Of a stretch of DNA of 64,000 nt, positions 15,850 to 29,190 are shown in pieces. The stretch is taken from NCBI RefSeq assembly GCF_009834535.1, contig NC_045696.1, positions 105,960,001 through 106,024,000 on the forward strand, written 5' to 3'. Each line of letters opens with the position of its first letter. Position 1 is the first letter of the stretch. The translations under genes and the position numbers were made by a program. Origin of the DNA: Camelus ferus. Lineage: Eukaryota. Under the pieces are notes generated by a model. It saw only the letters and a list, made by a program, of their open reading frames with translations. It was not told the DNA's origin and ran no database searches.

Positions 15850-17185
15850 GTTTGTCTTTCCCCAAATTCTAAGGACCTGTGCTATGATTCACCTATGGGA
15901 GCCTGCCAAAGGCTCCAAATAGCATCCCTATCTGTCACTGACAGTTCAAGCACCATTAGATATTCTGGATCATGTGATTACAGTTTGCATGGCAGTTGGG
16001 ACCTGCTGTAGAGGCCTTTCTTGTTCTGGACCTCAGTCAAAACCACCACCTTTTTGGGTGCTAGATCACTCAGTAAATAGGCCATAGTACATACCCACAT
16101 GGGGAATCTGTTGCCTCCAAAATCCAGAGAGGCCCACTAGATGTTGTGCCTTATTTCTGGTTGTAAGAGAGGCCTAAGCAACAAATTATTCTTCACCTTA
16201 GAAGGGCTCTCTTGGCGTACACCATATGAGTTGAGCCCTAGAAGTTTCACTTGAGATTGAAGGCCTCAAACTTCTGTCAGATTTATTTCCCACCTTCTCA
16301 CATACAAATTTCTTTAAATCTAGAGTAGTTGCTACTTCTTAATAACTTGGTTTAGTCAGCATAATTTTATCACTGTAATGGACCAGCCTAATAATCTTAT
16401 TGAAAGGCAGTCAGGATCCCTTTAAACTAAATTATGACATGGACCTGGAGCATTGAAACACCCTTCAGTTAGGACATTGAAAGTGTATTGTTGGCTTTGC
16501 TAACTTAAGCAGATGGCTAGTGATGATCCTTATTGACACGTATGGGAAAAAAGTATTTACCAGATCAGTAGTTACATATCAGATACCAAGGGGTATGTTA
16601 CTTTGCTTAAGCAGTGAAACTGCATCTGATATACTGCCTAGTCAATGTTATGATAATCCATTGTAATTCTCTAAGATCCATCTATCTTTTGCACAGGCCA
16701 AATAGGCAAGATGAATGAGGATGTGATGGGAGTCACCACCCCTGCATCTTTAAAGTCCTTGATGATGACACTAATATGTGCAGTCACCCCAGGAACTCAT
16801 TTACTATTTTCTTAGGTAGAGGCAGTTGTAATAAACCATTTGGCCTTTCCCACTGTAATAGCCCTCAATCCACAGGTCAGAGAACCACCATGGGGATTCT
16901 GCCAGCTTCTGAATATATCTGTTTCAATTATGCCTTCCCGAACTGAAGAAATAACTACAAGGTTTGCAACCCACTGGGCCTACTGTGAGACAGATCTATG
17001 CTAAAACTCCATCATTAACTTGACTATCATAAGCCCCTACTCTGGTGAACCTCAGTGACATTTTGGGCCTCTGGGAATTAGTGTCAGTTTAGAGCTAGTG
17101 TTCACTGGTCCCTCAAAGATCTGATTATTTCCTTTCCCCCAGTACCATGGTGAAAGGCCGTAGGTCCCTTTGGGGAGGCCAAGGG
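15850..17185 (-). mobile_element. ERVL-class endogenous retrovirus internal fragment (protease/RT, decayed)
   Basis: Minus-strand fragments PQRDLRPFT, GKGNNQIF, KLTLIP, SWQNPHGGSLTCGLRAITVGKAKW and IIKDFKDAGVV resemble ERV-L pro-pol; many frameshifts and stops; boundaries approximate. Confidence 0.75.
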
Positions 17186-17699
17186 AAAGTCAATTTCAGT
17201 CTGATCTAGTAGGATTCGTAGGCATCATTCAGCACTGATGGAAGAATTTGGGGGATTTATCAACTTTTCAATGTGTCTTGATCTATGAGTGCATCTTAGG
17301 GAAATGAGTCCTGAAGGTTTACTCCTTAGGTGTTTATTATTGTCACTGTATAAACATAGACCATAAGCTATATATGACTGTACGTATCACAGTATGTCAG
17401 CTGTAGATATTAGCAGGGTAGTTTCATCTAGATGATATAATCTAAAATCAGTATATTCAATCCACCTAACTTTTCTGTAATACTACATTTTCTCTCCCAG
17501 ACCTTGCTTTTTGGTACTTTGTATTTTCCTCATGGCAGAGACTCTGCTACCTTTTTATCTTTTCTAACGTCTTCTTTCTCACTTGAGGACTATTTGTTTC
17601 TCCACTTCTAACCTTCTGTTCATTCCTGTACCTCTCTGGTATCACACCCTATTTTTATATCAGATCTCTGTAGTAATTTCCAGTTTCACTGCACTTTTC

Positions 17700-18260
17700 T
17701 AACTTACTTGCATTGCCAGAGGAACTACCATAGGTTTTCATAAATGATTTTAGTATTTGTGGTTTTTTATTCATGTTAAAACAACTATATCTGATCCCTC
17801 CTTTTTGGAAAGCTCTTCAGTGATGGTGATATAGCTAACATTTATTCACCACTTTTTATGGACCATTTATTCTTCACAACACTATGAGATAGATACTGTT
17901 AGTCCCCTTAATTTTATAGTCCTTTTAAATATATTTCATACATATCAATGTCTCTTGTGTTCATGGCCACCATCCCATGTACTTCAACCCATTATCCTTT
18001 TTTACCTGGACATCTTCATCAACGTTCTTAATTGTGCCCCTTTGTCTCCATTCGTTTGCATATGCATCTGCACACACACACACCCCCTCCATTCTCTACA
18101 CAGCAGATAAAGTGATCTTTTTAAAATATAGATATATTCCCTTTTTAAAATCCCTGCAGTAATTTTCATTGCACAAAGAATTAAGACCCCTCTTGATAAA
18201 GTCCCAACTTCTTTGACCTCATTCATATGATCAGACTACACTGAACATTTTCCTGGTTCT
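17700..18260 (+). mobile_element. L2 fragments with an intervening MIR-like piece
   Basis: ccattctctacacagcagataaagtgatctttttaaaatata is a typical L2 3' motif; approximate. Confidence 0.5.
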
Positions 18261-19490
18261 CTGGAAACCTCAGTTTGACTTTTATAACAGCAAACATATG
18301 GCATATGTATGATCACATTCTTACTTTTTCTTGACTGATGAACAGCAAGGGCAAGACTGTACCCTTTACATGGCAGTTCTTGTTATCACTGTAAACTTAT
18401 AGTGTGACAAGGTGTTGAAACACTTAAAGTGTTTGACTTATGGCCATATGGGTATTAAGGACACTGTCCAGGAAATGGGTATCAACGTAATTAGTTCTAG
18501 GGCCTGAAAATTTGCAACTGTACAAACATGGAAGAAATTCAAATTTGAAATACTTCAGAAAGTTCCTGTTTGCATAGCCCATTTTTCGGCTAGTTGCCTT
18601 TTCACCAGTGTTTGTACAGCTCCTGAAGTTGTTGAGAAATGGAGTGTCTGTGGTTTTGACAGATGGCTAACTTGGCAAACTTCAGCCATCTCGATTTTAT
18701 CATCTAGCTACATAGAACCTTCCCAGTTTCCTGTGAGCAGGCCTTCAGCCTGTCTGTAGAAACTGCATGCCTGAACTTACCTCCCTAGAGTCTTAGTGGT
18801 TTCCTTGCATAAAAGCTAAGTTCAAAAAGGAAAACATGATGTAAAATAAATGTCTTATTCATGGAAATGCAAGCCATGGTGTTCATAGTGTTTGTTGTAT
18901 GCATATTTTATATGCTTGTTTTATACAGTTTATATGTTGATACGTGTATTTTCTTTTTTCATTTGTTGTTTCCAGTTTTAATGACATGATACAATAATTC
19001 CGTTTTATGGTTGGCCGAGTCTGGGTCTTACAGAATTTTGCAAAATATGACATAGAAAGCCCTTCAGTTACTAAGCAAGAAAGTTGACTTTTGAATATAT
19101 GGTTTTGATTTAGTTGGCTATTGTCAATTCACGTTGTACTACTTGCATACTTTTTTTTTTAATTTGTGTAAGTTTTGATAGAGTTACCTCATTATAAAGA
19201 CAAATAATTTAGACTTGGACAACAACTACTATTGTCAATATTTATATTTATTTTATTATACAATAATTTACTTTATACTATTAATGGAAAGAGAATATAC
19301 TGAGAAGATGTCATACAAGAGCAATGATAAAGATAGTAAGGTTGGGTGTCAACTCCAGGATTGTTTGTACATAGATTTTCCTTTCATACTATGGAGTTGA
19401 CCAGATAGAGTGGTTCAGATTAATTGTGTTTCAAACTCTAATCTTCATTTAGTTGCAGAGTTCTGAGTGGTTTAAGTTTAATACTTACCT

Positions 19491-19523
19491 TCTCCCATCC
19501 AAGTACTAACCAGGCCCGACCCT
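19491..19523 (-). pseudogene. 5S rRNA internal fragment (tailless retropseudogene)
   Basis: Reverse complement AGGGTCGGGCCTGGTTAGTACTTGGATGGGAGA matches recalled mammalian 5S rRNA over 33 nt; imperfect direct repeats at 19473-19493 and 19523-19543. Confidence 0.9.
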
Positions 19524-19793
19524 AAGTTTCATATTTATCTTCTTACCCACAGTCTATGTCTCTTTTCTTTTCTCTAATTTACAAGATTTTATTTAAGAAA
19601 AGGGTTAAAGAACATTTGAAAGATGAGACTTTAACAGGTGATAAAAATACTTTGTTGTATGTAATACAATTGTGATAAAGCAAACACTGTTTTTACTTTA
19701 GTTGGTTGTCCTGTGTGTGGAGGGGAGAGGTGAGTAGAGGGGAAATATTTGTTGATTAATATCATCACATGATGTTATTTTTAACATAAATGA

Positions 19794-20002
<209 letters not shown>

Positions 20003-20707
20003 GTAAGTGACCATCTGTACTGTACTTAGTGAATCTCCCACAAAAACAGCAATTCAGAAAGGATTTCTGAGTGACTGCCTTGGGGGAACAGTAGGCCAGC
20101 TGTTAGCCCCAGAAAGTGGAATATAATTAAAAACGGAAAAATCTTAAAGTCTTCAGAAGTTATTCTTGTGTTTAATAGGATGTATGTCTTCTAGCTTAAT
20201 TTACTTGTGGGGTTAGTGAAAGTTAATGCAAGTTAATTTCCTTTCAATTGTATGTAATTTGGTTTTCTATATTACTGGTTTCTAAGAGATGAAAATCCTA
20301 AGTAAGCAAAATGTTGGCAACCACCATAGATTACTTACTAATTAACTTTCCTATTTTAAAATAAGATTTAGATTAGAGCAGGAGTACATTGGTATTCAAA
20401 ACTGATCCCCCTTAAATCAAGAATGAGCTCACAGTACAATGTTATATTCTGATTTTTAATGTCTATGTGTAATAACATAAAATTAAGGAAGAATAAGGAA
20501 AGAAAAGGGGGAATTTTAAATGTAGTTGTGTGAAGGACAAATCTGGGTTTTCAGTCCTGCTCATCTGGCATCACTACATGCCAGCCAAGGCTATCATCTC
20601 GGTTGTTTTTCTACCGAATGGAAATATTCTAGTTTTGACTTCTCTCAGCCTGAATGGAACAGGTGAGGGGTTTTCCCAAGCCTAGTTATATCATGGCAAA
20701 ATTATAG

Positions 20708-20875
<168 letters not shown>

Positions 20876-21811
20876 TAGTGAGGTTTTAACAGTGCCAAAT
20901 TCCATAGTATTTTTCATTTGTTGCTTAATCTGAAAGCTGATGTGTACATGTGTAACAAAGAGGTGGCAACCAAAAGGTAGCTATACATGGTCAGAAATTG
21001 AATTTGGCATGTCTTAAATATTTTTTTTTCCATCTTGGAAAATGATTTCTACGGTTTACTTATATACATTGCTCTAATGAACCTTTCTTTTTTCCTACGA
21101 AGTACAAAGCTTTCTACTCCTTTCATAAAAAGTTTGTGAAATACAAGAGAATATTTTCAATAATATATTCATACACCCTGTTTCAGTGATAGGAACTTTG
21201 ATATTGCTGCCATAGGTTTGTATTTTAATTAAAATATCTTACTCATACTTTATAAAGGAAATGCCCCTGAAGTAATCACACCCACCAAAAGGCAGTTATC
21301 ATTGCTGCCACTAACAAGTTTTGTGATTACAAGTCACGTAAAATTCATTGAGCTTTTGGTTCTTCGGACCCATGAGGATTATAGTGTCTCTGTGTGTTGG
21401 GTTTGTTAAAAGGAATTAAGTGAGATAACATAAGTAAATGTGCTTACAACTGTTTTAAAAAGCACTTGTATTTTGCTAGACATTTAACCCCACTTGACCA
21501 CATGAATGTCATTATGTAGCAGTCAGTACTTTCACAGCCTGATACCTGAAAATTACCTTGTACCTGATAATAAATAAAATCAACTATTACAGTTTTATGA
21601 ATCCAACATGCAGTTACTTATGTGATTCTTAAGAACTTCTTGTGCATCCCTAAAAAACAAGTAAGAAGGGAAAAAATTAGCCATGTGAATTGTATGAATG
21701 CTGTAATACAGCATTACTGTTACAACATACATACAATTAGTATAGTAGCTTGCACAAGGTAAAGTGCTAAAAATATTTTTAATTTCTGATATAGTTACAG
21801 GGACATGCTAA

Positions 21812-22066
<255 letters not shown>

Positions 22067-22075
22067 TGAGATTTC

Positions 22076-22230
22076 CTTTTTTTTTTTTTTTTTTAAGTTT
22101 AAAAACCTCTTTTGGGGGGGTAATTAGGTTTTTATTTGTTTATTTATCTTTAATGGAGGTACTGGGGACTGAACCCAGGACCTTGTGCACGCGGGGCATG
22201 CACTCTACCACTGAGCTACACTCTTCCCCA
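22076..22230 (-). mobile_element. tRNA-derived SINE inserted at the exon/intron junction
   Basis: Antisense SINE (gtgtagctcagtggtagag...gggttcagtccccagtacctcc) with poly-T at 22077-22094; perfect 15-bp TSD cttcggtgagatttc at 22061-22075 and 22231-22245. Confidence 0.92.
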
Positions 22231-25200
22231 CTTCGGTGAGATTTCTAGTGAACTTATTTTTGTTTCGTTTTGTTCTTCCACAGCAAAATTTAAAAAACTT
22301 CTTGTTGATTCCTTTCTTCCTACTATTTTAATTGATTGTTGTTTATCATAATATTTATATAGTATTTTATAGTTTACAGTGTGTTCTTAAATATATTACC
22401 TCATTGAAACCTCATCAGGTGTGAAATTATGCATGTGACAGCAAGAGACATTCCAACCAGTGGTTGTGAAGGTGGTCTCAGGGATGATGCACTGGTGGTG
22501 GTCATGGGAGTGATAAGCCAGAGAAGGGCCTGCCCCTGTTTTTACTTAGCCTGGTAACTGATTCCTCTACCTTCCCAAAAGGAAAGTGTTTAGGTGACTC
22601 TCGGGGCTTTTCGCTTGCCACTATTATTTGGGGTAGACAGTGAGCAGAACAGGTTTATGGCAACAACAAAAAGAAACAATGGATTTTAAAAGTTAATTAT
22701 TATCAAATCTTTTAAGGTAAAGAGCAGATGAATATAATTGCAAACAAAATGTTGGTATGTTTAACTATATACCAATACAAGATTTGATTGTCAGCCAACC
22801 AAATTAAAAGTCAAACCTCACAGTGGGCATTATATTCATAATGAACAGGACAGGGGGATGATAATTCTAAATATTTAAAGAGCTCATAGAAATAAATACA
22901 TGGGGAAGAAATGTGCAAAAGCTATTCATACAACATATAGCATAAACAAACTAATAATTACGTGAACACCATCAGTTCCAGTGTAGAAGTACGAATCACA
23001 GGAACAGTTAGAACCATGGATTTACTTGCAAAGATTTCATTAAATGAAATTTAGTCTAGGACACTGTTGGCATAACAGAAGCACAAACATTGTCATATAC
23101 CATTGTAAATTAATAATAAACTTGATACAGAAAGGTTTATGTTATTAGTTTATTTTATATCACAATAGTAGAATAGTGGTTTAAAAAATTAGCTTTTCCA
23201 TATGACTAAATATCTCAGATATTTAAAAATACTATTTATAGGGAATTGGTAACAATTTGGAGAAAAGTACTTATCTTCAAATAGCAAATGAAATAAGTGA
23301 GATGCAAGAAGGTATTTTTACAGAATTATTTTGATCATGTTAAAAATTCACTGAAAAATGACCCACTAAAATGTTGACAGAACCTACAGTGGTAATAGGC
23401 ATTACTTTTGGGTGTCAGGATTAAAGGTGGTTTTCATTCCCTTCCCCACCACTTTGTATACCTGTTTCTCTAGTTTTCTGCAGTGGGCATGTACTCCTTT
23501 TTAATTAAGGAGGAAAAAAAAACATTAAGCTTGTTTCATGATATAAAACAGGTCCATACAGTTCAAAAAATTTTTTTATGGTAGGTATTGATGATTCACT
23601 TCATCTTTTACCTGATTCTTTATGTTTTATTTTTGTAATTGTGGAATGTTTCAAACATGAAATACAGAAGCTTTGATAAATATGTATTTAGCAGTTAAAA
23701 GACAGATGTTAACATGCTTTCATATTTACTTTTAAAAAAAAGGAATTAAACATGCAGATAATATTAATGCATTTTTATCTTCTTCTTTCTTACATCTCAG
23801 AATTTGCCACCATTCTAAAGCTGTAATATATAATTTTTGTGCTTAAACTGTATGTTATATATCCGTTTTATGTTTTGAACTGTAAATAGATACTGTCATA
23901 TCACGTGTAACTTTTTGCAGTTTACTTATTACATTTTTTTGAGATTTATCAACATTAATATTTGAAGTTCTAATTTGTTATTTTCACTTCTCTATTAATG
24001 CTTTGAATAAATATAAAAATTTATTCGTTCTCCTATTAGTAGCTATTTGTGTTCATTTTTTCCCCAAAAAAACTAAAAAGAAAAACCTAACCCCTTGAGT
24101 CTGCACACTTATGAATATCTCTTTATTCACATTTGGAAGAGTTCCTTTTATAGTCAGAAGTGGGATTGCTGGGTCATAAGTATGCATATTTTCAACCTTA
24201 CCACAGTTGCTCAACTAGCTTCCAAAATAGTTGTACCAGTGTTATGTTTCCACTCAAAAGTATCTCCTTGCCAATCAGACTTGTTAATTTTTTGCAAATC
24301 TAATAAATATAGCATGGCGTCTCATTGAATTTTAATTTGCATTTCTTTGGTTGAGTATTTTTTCAGTATTTATATGTATTGTGTTTTCTCTATGCTATAG
24401 ATTACCTAGGTTTCTTTAAGGTTTATGTTTTTTTTTACATTGTTTTTAAAAAATCCTTCCCTGTACAGTTATTTTAAAGGTATTATATTTTATTTTGCGA
24501 ATTTTAAACTTGACATGCTTTATTCTCATCTGCCTCTGCAAAAATTTGGTCCTAATGCTGATTTTTTGGAGTCTATGTTTTTTTGACTACTGATTTTCCT
24601 TAATGATTATTGGACTCTTCAGATTGTTTTCCCTCTTGAGTTTTTTTTCTTGAGTCATTTTTGAGACTAAGAATTGTCCAGTTTATCAGTGTTTTCAAAT
24701 TTATTACCATACATTTTTAAAAACAACCTCTGGTAATTTTAAAACCTCTATGTTTAATTTTTTTTCTTCTTTTGCATTTGTGAAATTATTTTATATGCAG
24801 TATTTTTTCCTTATGTCTTTTTTGTTAGTCTTTTCCTTACTAGTCTTTAGAGGTTTGCTTCTTAGTATTTTAAAAGAATGGGCTTCTAATATTGTTTAGC
24901 TTTTTGTTTCTTATTTTGTTATTTATTATCTCTTTGTTTCCTTCTTTTATTCTGTTCTGATTTTTTGAGACAAACACTTAGAACATTAATTTCCATTTTT
25001 TCATATATACAAATTAAAACCATAAATTTCTTCTAGCTACTGCCTTAGCTGCATCCCATAAGTTTTAAAATGTACTTATTTATGCACTTTCATAATACAT
25101 CACACTATATAGAATTCAATTCTAAATATTTCATTAATTTCGGTTTTTATTTCTTCAACTCCCGAACTAGGTTAAATTATTTTGACTTAAAAATGCATTA

Positions 25201-25982
25201 GACCCTTTGTTGTTGTCTCTATGATGTTTAATTTTATTGTATTATTGTCAGATTATGTGGTCTGTACAAGATCAGTGTCATATTTCTTAAGATTCATTGT
25301 GCCTTACTAGAATATGTCCAATTTTTTCCTAAATATCCTATTTGTGATTGAAAAGATTCCAGATGCTATAGTTAATTATTAGCTGAAAGGGTTATAAACT
25401 GGTCTGTTACATCAAATTTGTTCACTGTGCCCAGATCTGTATTCTCATTAAAGTTTTATGTATTTGTCACTTCAGAAGTATATTGAACCCTCCCATTATA
25501 ATTGGCATTTGTCAATTTCTGCTTAACACTTTTGTTAATTTTCTCATTGTGATTTTAATTTGCATTTTCCTAATAACTAATAATGTTGACTAGCTTTTCA
25601 TGTGCTTGTTAGTTATTTGTATATCTTCTTTGGAGAATATCTATTCAAGTCCTTTGCTCATTTTTGAATTGGATTGCCTTTTGAGTTGTGAGTTCTTTAT
25701 ATATTTTGGATACTAGACTCTTATTAAATATATTATTGGCAAATATTTTCTCCCATTCTGTGGGTTGTCCACTTTCTTGATAGTGTCCTTTGATGCGCAA
25801 GTTTTTTTTTACTTTGATGAAGTCCAGTTTATCTGTTTTTCCTTTGGTTGCTTGTGTTTTTGGTGTCAGGTCTAAGAAACCATTGCTTAATCCAATGTCA
25901 TGAAGAAAAGATCTGTGTTTTCTTCTGAGAGTTTTAGTTTAGCCCTTATTGTGGAGGTCATCAACCCATTTTTAGTTAATAT

Positions 25983-26065
25983 GTTATTTATTTATTTAAG
26001 ATTTTTAAGTTGAAGTATAGTTTATTTATAGTATTATGTTAGTTTCAGGTGTATAGCACAGTGAT
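25983..26065 (-). mobile_element. Very short L1 3'-terminal insertion
   Basis: ttgaagtatagtttatttatagtattatgttagtttcaggtgtatagcacagtgat flanked by the direct repeat tttttagttaatat. Confidence 0.7.
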
Positions 26066-27320
26066 TTTTTTTAGTTAATATTTTTGTATGATGTGTATTA
26101 GGTGTCCAGTTTTATTCTTTGGACTGGATATCCAGTTGTCTGAGCAGCATTGTTGAAAAGGCTTCTTTCTTCATTGAATTATCTTGGCACTTGTGTCAAA
26201 CATGAATTGACTGTAAACTTGAGGGGGTTTTTTCTGGACTCTAAATTCTATTTAATTGACGTACATACATGTCTGTCTTTATGCACAATCTTAATTACCT
26301 TGTAGTAAGTTTTGAAATTGGAAAATGTCTGCTGATTTTCTCTTGTAGGACTTTTATGGTTTCAGGTCTTCAATTTAGATCTTTAATCCATTTTGAGTTT
26401 ATTTTCATATATGATATGAGGAAATGTCATAATTTCATCCTTTAATATGTAGCTGTCCCGTTTTCCCAGCACTACTTATTGAAGAGACTGTCTTTTCTCT
26501 ATTGTATATTCTTGCCTGCTTTGTTGTAGACTAATTGACCAGTGTATGGGTTTATTTCTGGGCACTTTAGTCAGGTCCATTGATCTTACCTGTCTGTTTT
26601 TGTGCCAGTACCATGCTGTCCTGATTACTGTAGCCTTGTAGTATATGGCCTTCTAGATTCCTTTGGATATGTGGTAGTCTTTCATTGTTCCCTGTGAACA
26701 TCTCATTCCAGTTTTTCCTTTAAGTTTTTTGGTTAACTTACTGTTCACTGCAGCTATTATTTATGCCTTAGACAACTTCAGTGTTAAACAATTGATTCAG
26801 ATTATTTTTGAGAAACATCCTCAGCTAAAAAGCAATTCACAGTAAGTGAGGTCTGAATCAGGTCAAAGTAACACAGAATTGTGAGTGGGATCTTCCTGGA
26901 AACTACAAGAATTCAAAGAATGACAGTTCTGTAGAAAAGAGGCTTTAGAGGAGCTCCAGTCCCATTTTTGCCCCCTCTGGTGACTAACAGATTGCTGTAC
27001 TCACAGTGATTGTAGGCCATTGGTTGCCAAGTCTACTGCAGAACTGGAAAGTGAGGGAGATTGGAGGAGGTCATGGTAAAATAAAAGTGAGATTTAGCTG
27101 TTTTCTTCAATAAACCCTTTTTACTAAAATGGTTGATTCTAACAATTTTTTGCCAGTGTTTTTGTTGTTTTTAATGGAAGAGTGGATTTTCAGAGGTCCT
27201 TATTTAACTCTCTATTTTTGCTGACATCACCTGGTTGTAGAATTTTACAGTCTAAACTGACAGCTGCTTTCCTTAGTAACCTTGAAGATGTTATTCCATG
27301 GTAATCTGAACTTTGTTCTT

Positions 27321-27393
27321 TTTTTTTTTTAACATTTTTTATTGATTTATAATCATTTTACAATGTTGTGTCAAATTTCAGTGTAGAGCACAC
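27321..27393 (-). mobile_element. Very short young L1 3'-terminal insertion
   Basis: poly-T followed by aacattttttattgatttataatcattttacaatgttgtgtcaaatttcagtgtagagcaca; TSD ctttgttctt at 27311-27320 and 27394-27403. Confidence 0.75.
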
Positions 27394-27598
27394 CTTTGTT
27401 CTTATTTTTAAAGTTTGCTGTCAGTCTAAATAAGGTTTCCCCCCCACCCTTTTTTTTAACATCATTGCAGGAAAAAATTTCTCTTTTCCTTTGGTTTCTG
27501 CAGTTTTACTATAATTTGTCTGTTATGGATTTCTTTTTATTTATTTTTACTTCCCCATTCTCACTGTATCTTTTCAATCAAAGAAGATCACATCTTCT

Positions 27599-27810
27599 CT
27601 CAGGTTGCAGGGAGGTCCGCCCATCAGATGCTCCGTGCTCCTTGCTCGTTGCATCGCTGTGAGTATGATTGGGAGAGTGGTGTTAGCTGAAAATCATCTG
27701 CAGCTTTGGACTTGGCCGAGGGTGAGATTTGATACCCAGAGCCTCCAGGGGCCTTAGCTCACCACCCACTCCTCGGTGTGGGAAGGTGAAACCCAGGCCC
27801 TGACACACGC
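27599..27810 (+). ncRNA. Retroposed copy of an H/ACA-type scaRNA, SCARNA12 (U89)-like
   Basis: GC-rich 212-nt insert ending ACA-CGC then A-rich tail 27811-27822; 19-bp TSD (18/19) at 27580-27598 and 27823-27841; blocks ctccgtgctc, tatgat...tggtgttagctga, cttagctcaccacc and aggccc..acacgc resemble recalled SCARNA12. Confidence 0.65.
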
Positions 27811-28989
27811 AAATTAAAAAAGAAAGAAAATCACATCTTCTTTTATTTTCTACAAAATGTATTCATTTTCTTCAGCACTGAAGTTCTCCCACTCTCATAG
27901 TCTTCTGCACCTTTTGTGTAACAGTCTTCCCTATTCTGTCCTGCATGTCTCTTAATCTCTTTCCTCTTTCCCTCCTCTTTTATTTTTATGTGACATTCTT
28001 TGTAGTTTCTTTTATTCTGTCTCCCATTTCATGAATTATCTCTTCAGTATTGTGTAATCTCTTGTGTTTCAACGTAGTGTGTTCATTTCAATGACTGCTT
28101 TTATGTAGGAGTTGTATTTGATTTTGTTTTTGTATACCTGGTCTCTTTTTAATACTATACTTTTCTTTCCATATGTTTTCTGTTCCTTTTCATGTCTTCA
28201 TTATTTTAGTATCTCTTTCTTATTGTTCTGTTTTCTCTCTTAGGGTGTCACCTTTTCATTTATCAGCTTAATCTTGTTCATTTCCTTGTGTAGTTAATAA
28301 TATTTGGTTTTGAATTCATTAAGATGTGAAAGTTGCCCCCCTTCCAAAATGAATTTATGTTTAGTTTGTGTTATTATCCAAGGTCTTTACTCATGATCAC
28401 CCAGTTTTTATGTTAACTCTTTGCCTTCAGGCTCTCATACTTCCTAGGTATTTATATTATATTTGAATTTCACAAGAATGTGGGAAGGCTTGAATTTTTA
28501 CACTTGCGTGAAACTCTTTTTTTAAAATAGCTCACCCAAGCCCCAGGGTAGATGGCAGACTTTGATGGCACAACCTCTCCTCAGTGAGCAGACCTTCTCT
28601 AGTTCCCTTCATACATTTGACATCCTTTTAGAGCCCCAGCTTACTGCAGGATCTCAGGTCCAGATCCTGCCTCTCATGGGCTCAAGACCATGTCTCTTTT
28701 CTCATGGGCATTAAAATGTCAGCCAAGTTAGTAACTTCCTGAGCTACTACTATGGATAATCTATATTTTTATGGGGTATGGAAACCTCCTTTTCTTTCTT
28801 TATTAACTGTAACTATTTAAAAAATCTTTTTGGCTTTATTTGTTATTTTCATGTATTTTACTATCTACAGTAACTTTGTCCACAAGGTTGCTAGAAATAG
28901 TTATGCTTGTGATTGACTTTATATCCCTGCAAGATTATAAGTATTTCTTGATTACTTTTAAGTTTGATTTATTAAAAACTTAGAAACAG

Positions 28990-29190
28990 TTGCTATTTAT
29001 TGACTGTACCAGACATTGTATTGTGTTCTTCACATATGTAATATGTAATCTTTACAACTCTATGAGGTTGTGTTATTCCTTTTTAGTAGATGAGAAAATT
29101 AAAACTTAAGAGATTTTAAACAATTTGTCAGAGGTTACAAAAATGATAAGTAGTGGAGCTAGATTCACATTGGGATCTGTCAAACTCTAA
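28990..29190. mobile_element. MIR SINE
   Basis: tttattgactgtaccagacattg...ctctatgaggttg...agatgagaaaattaaaacttaagaga core. Confidence 0.7.

Larger units (their letters stand above)
23620..28270 (-). mobile_element. Cluster of nested old L1 fragments
   Basis: Antisense L1 ORF2/3'UTR motifs, e.g. ttgtgattttaatttgcattttcctaataactaa and ttttcccagcactacttattgaagagactgtc; approximate. Confidence 0.7.
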
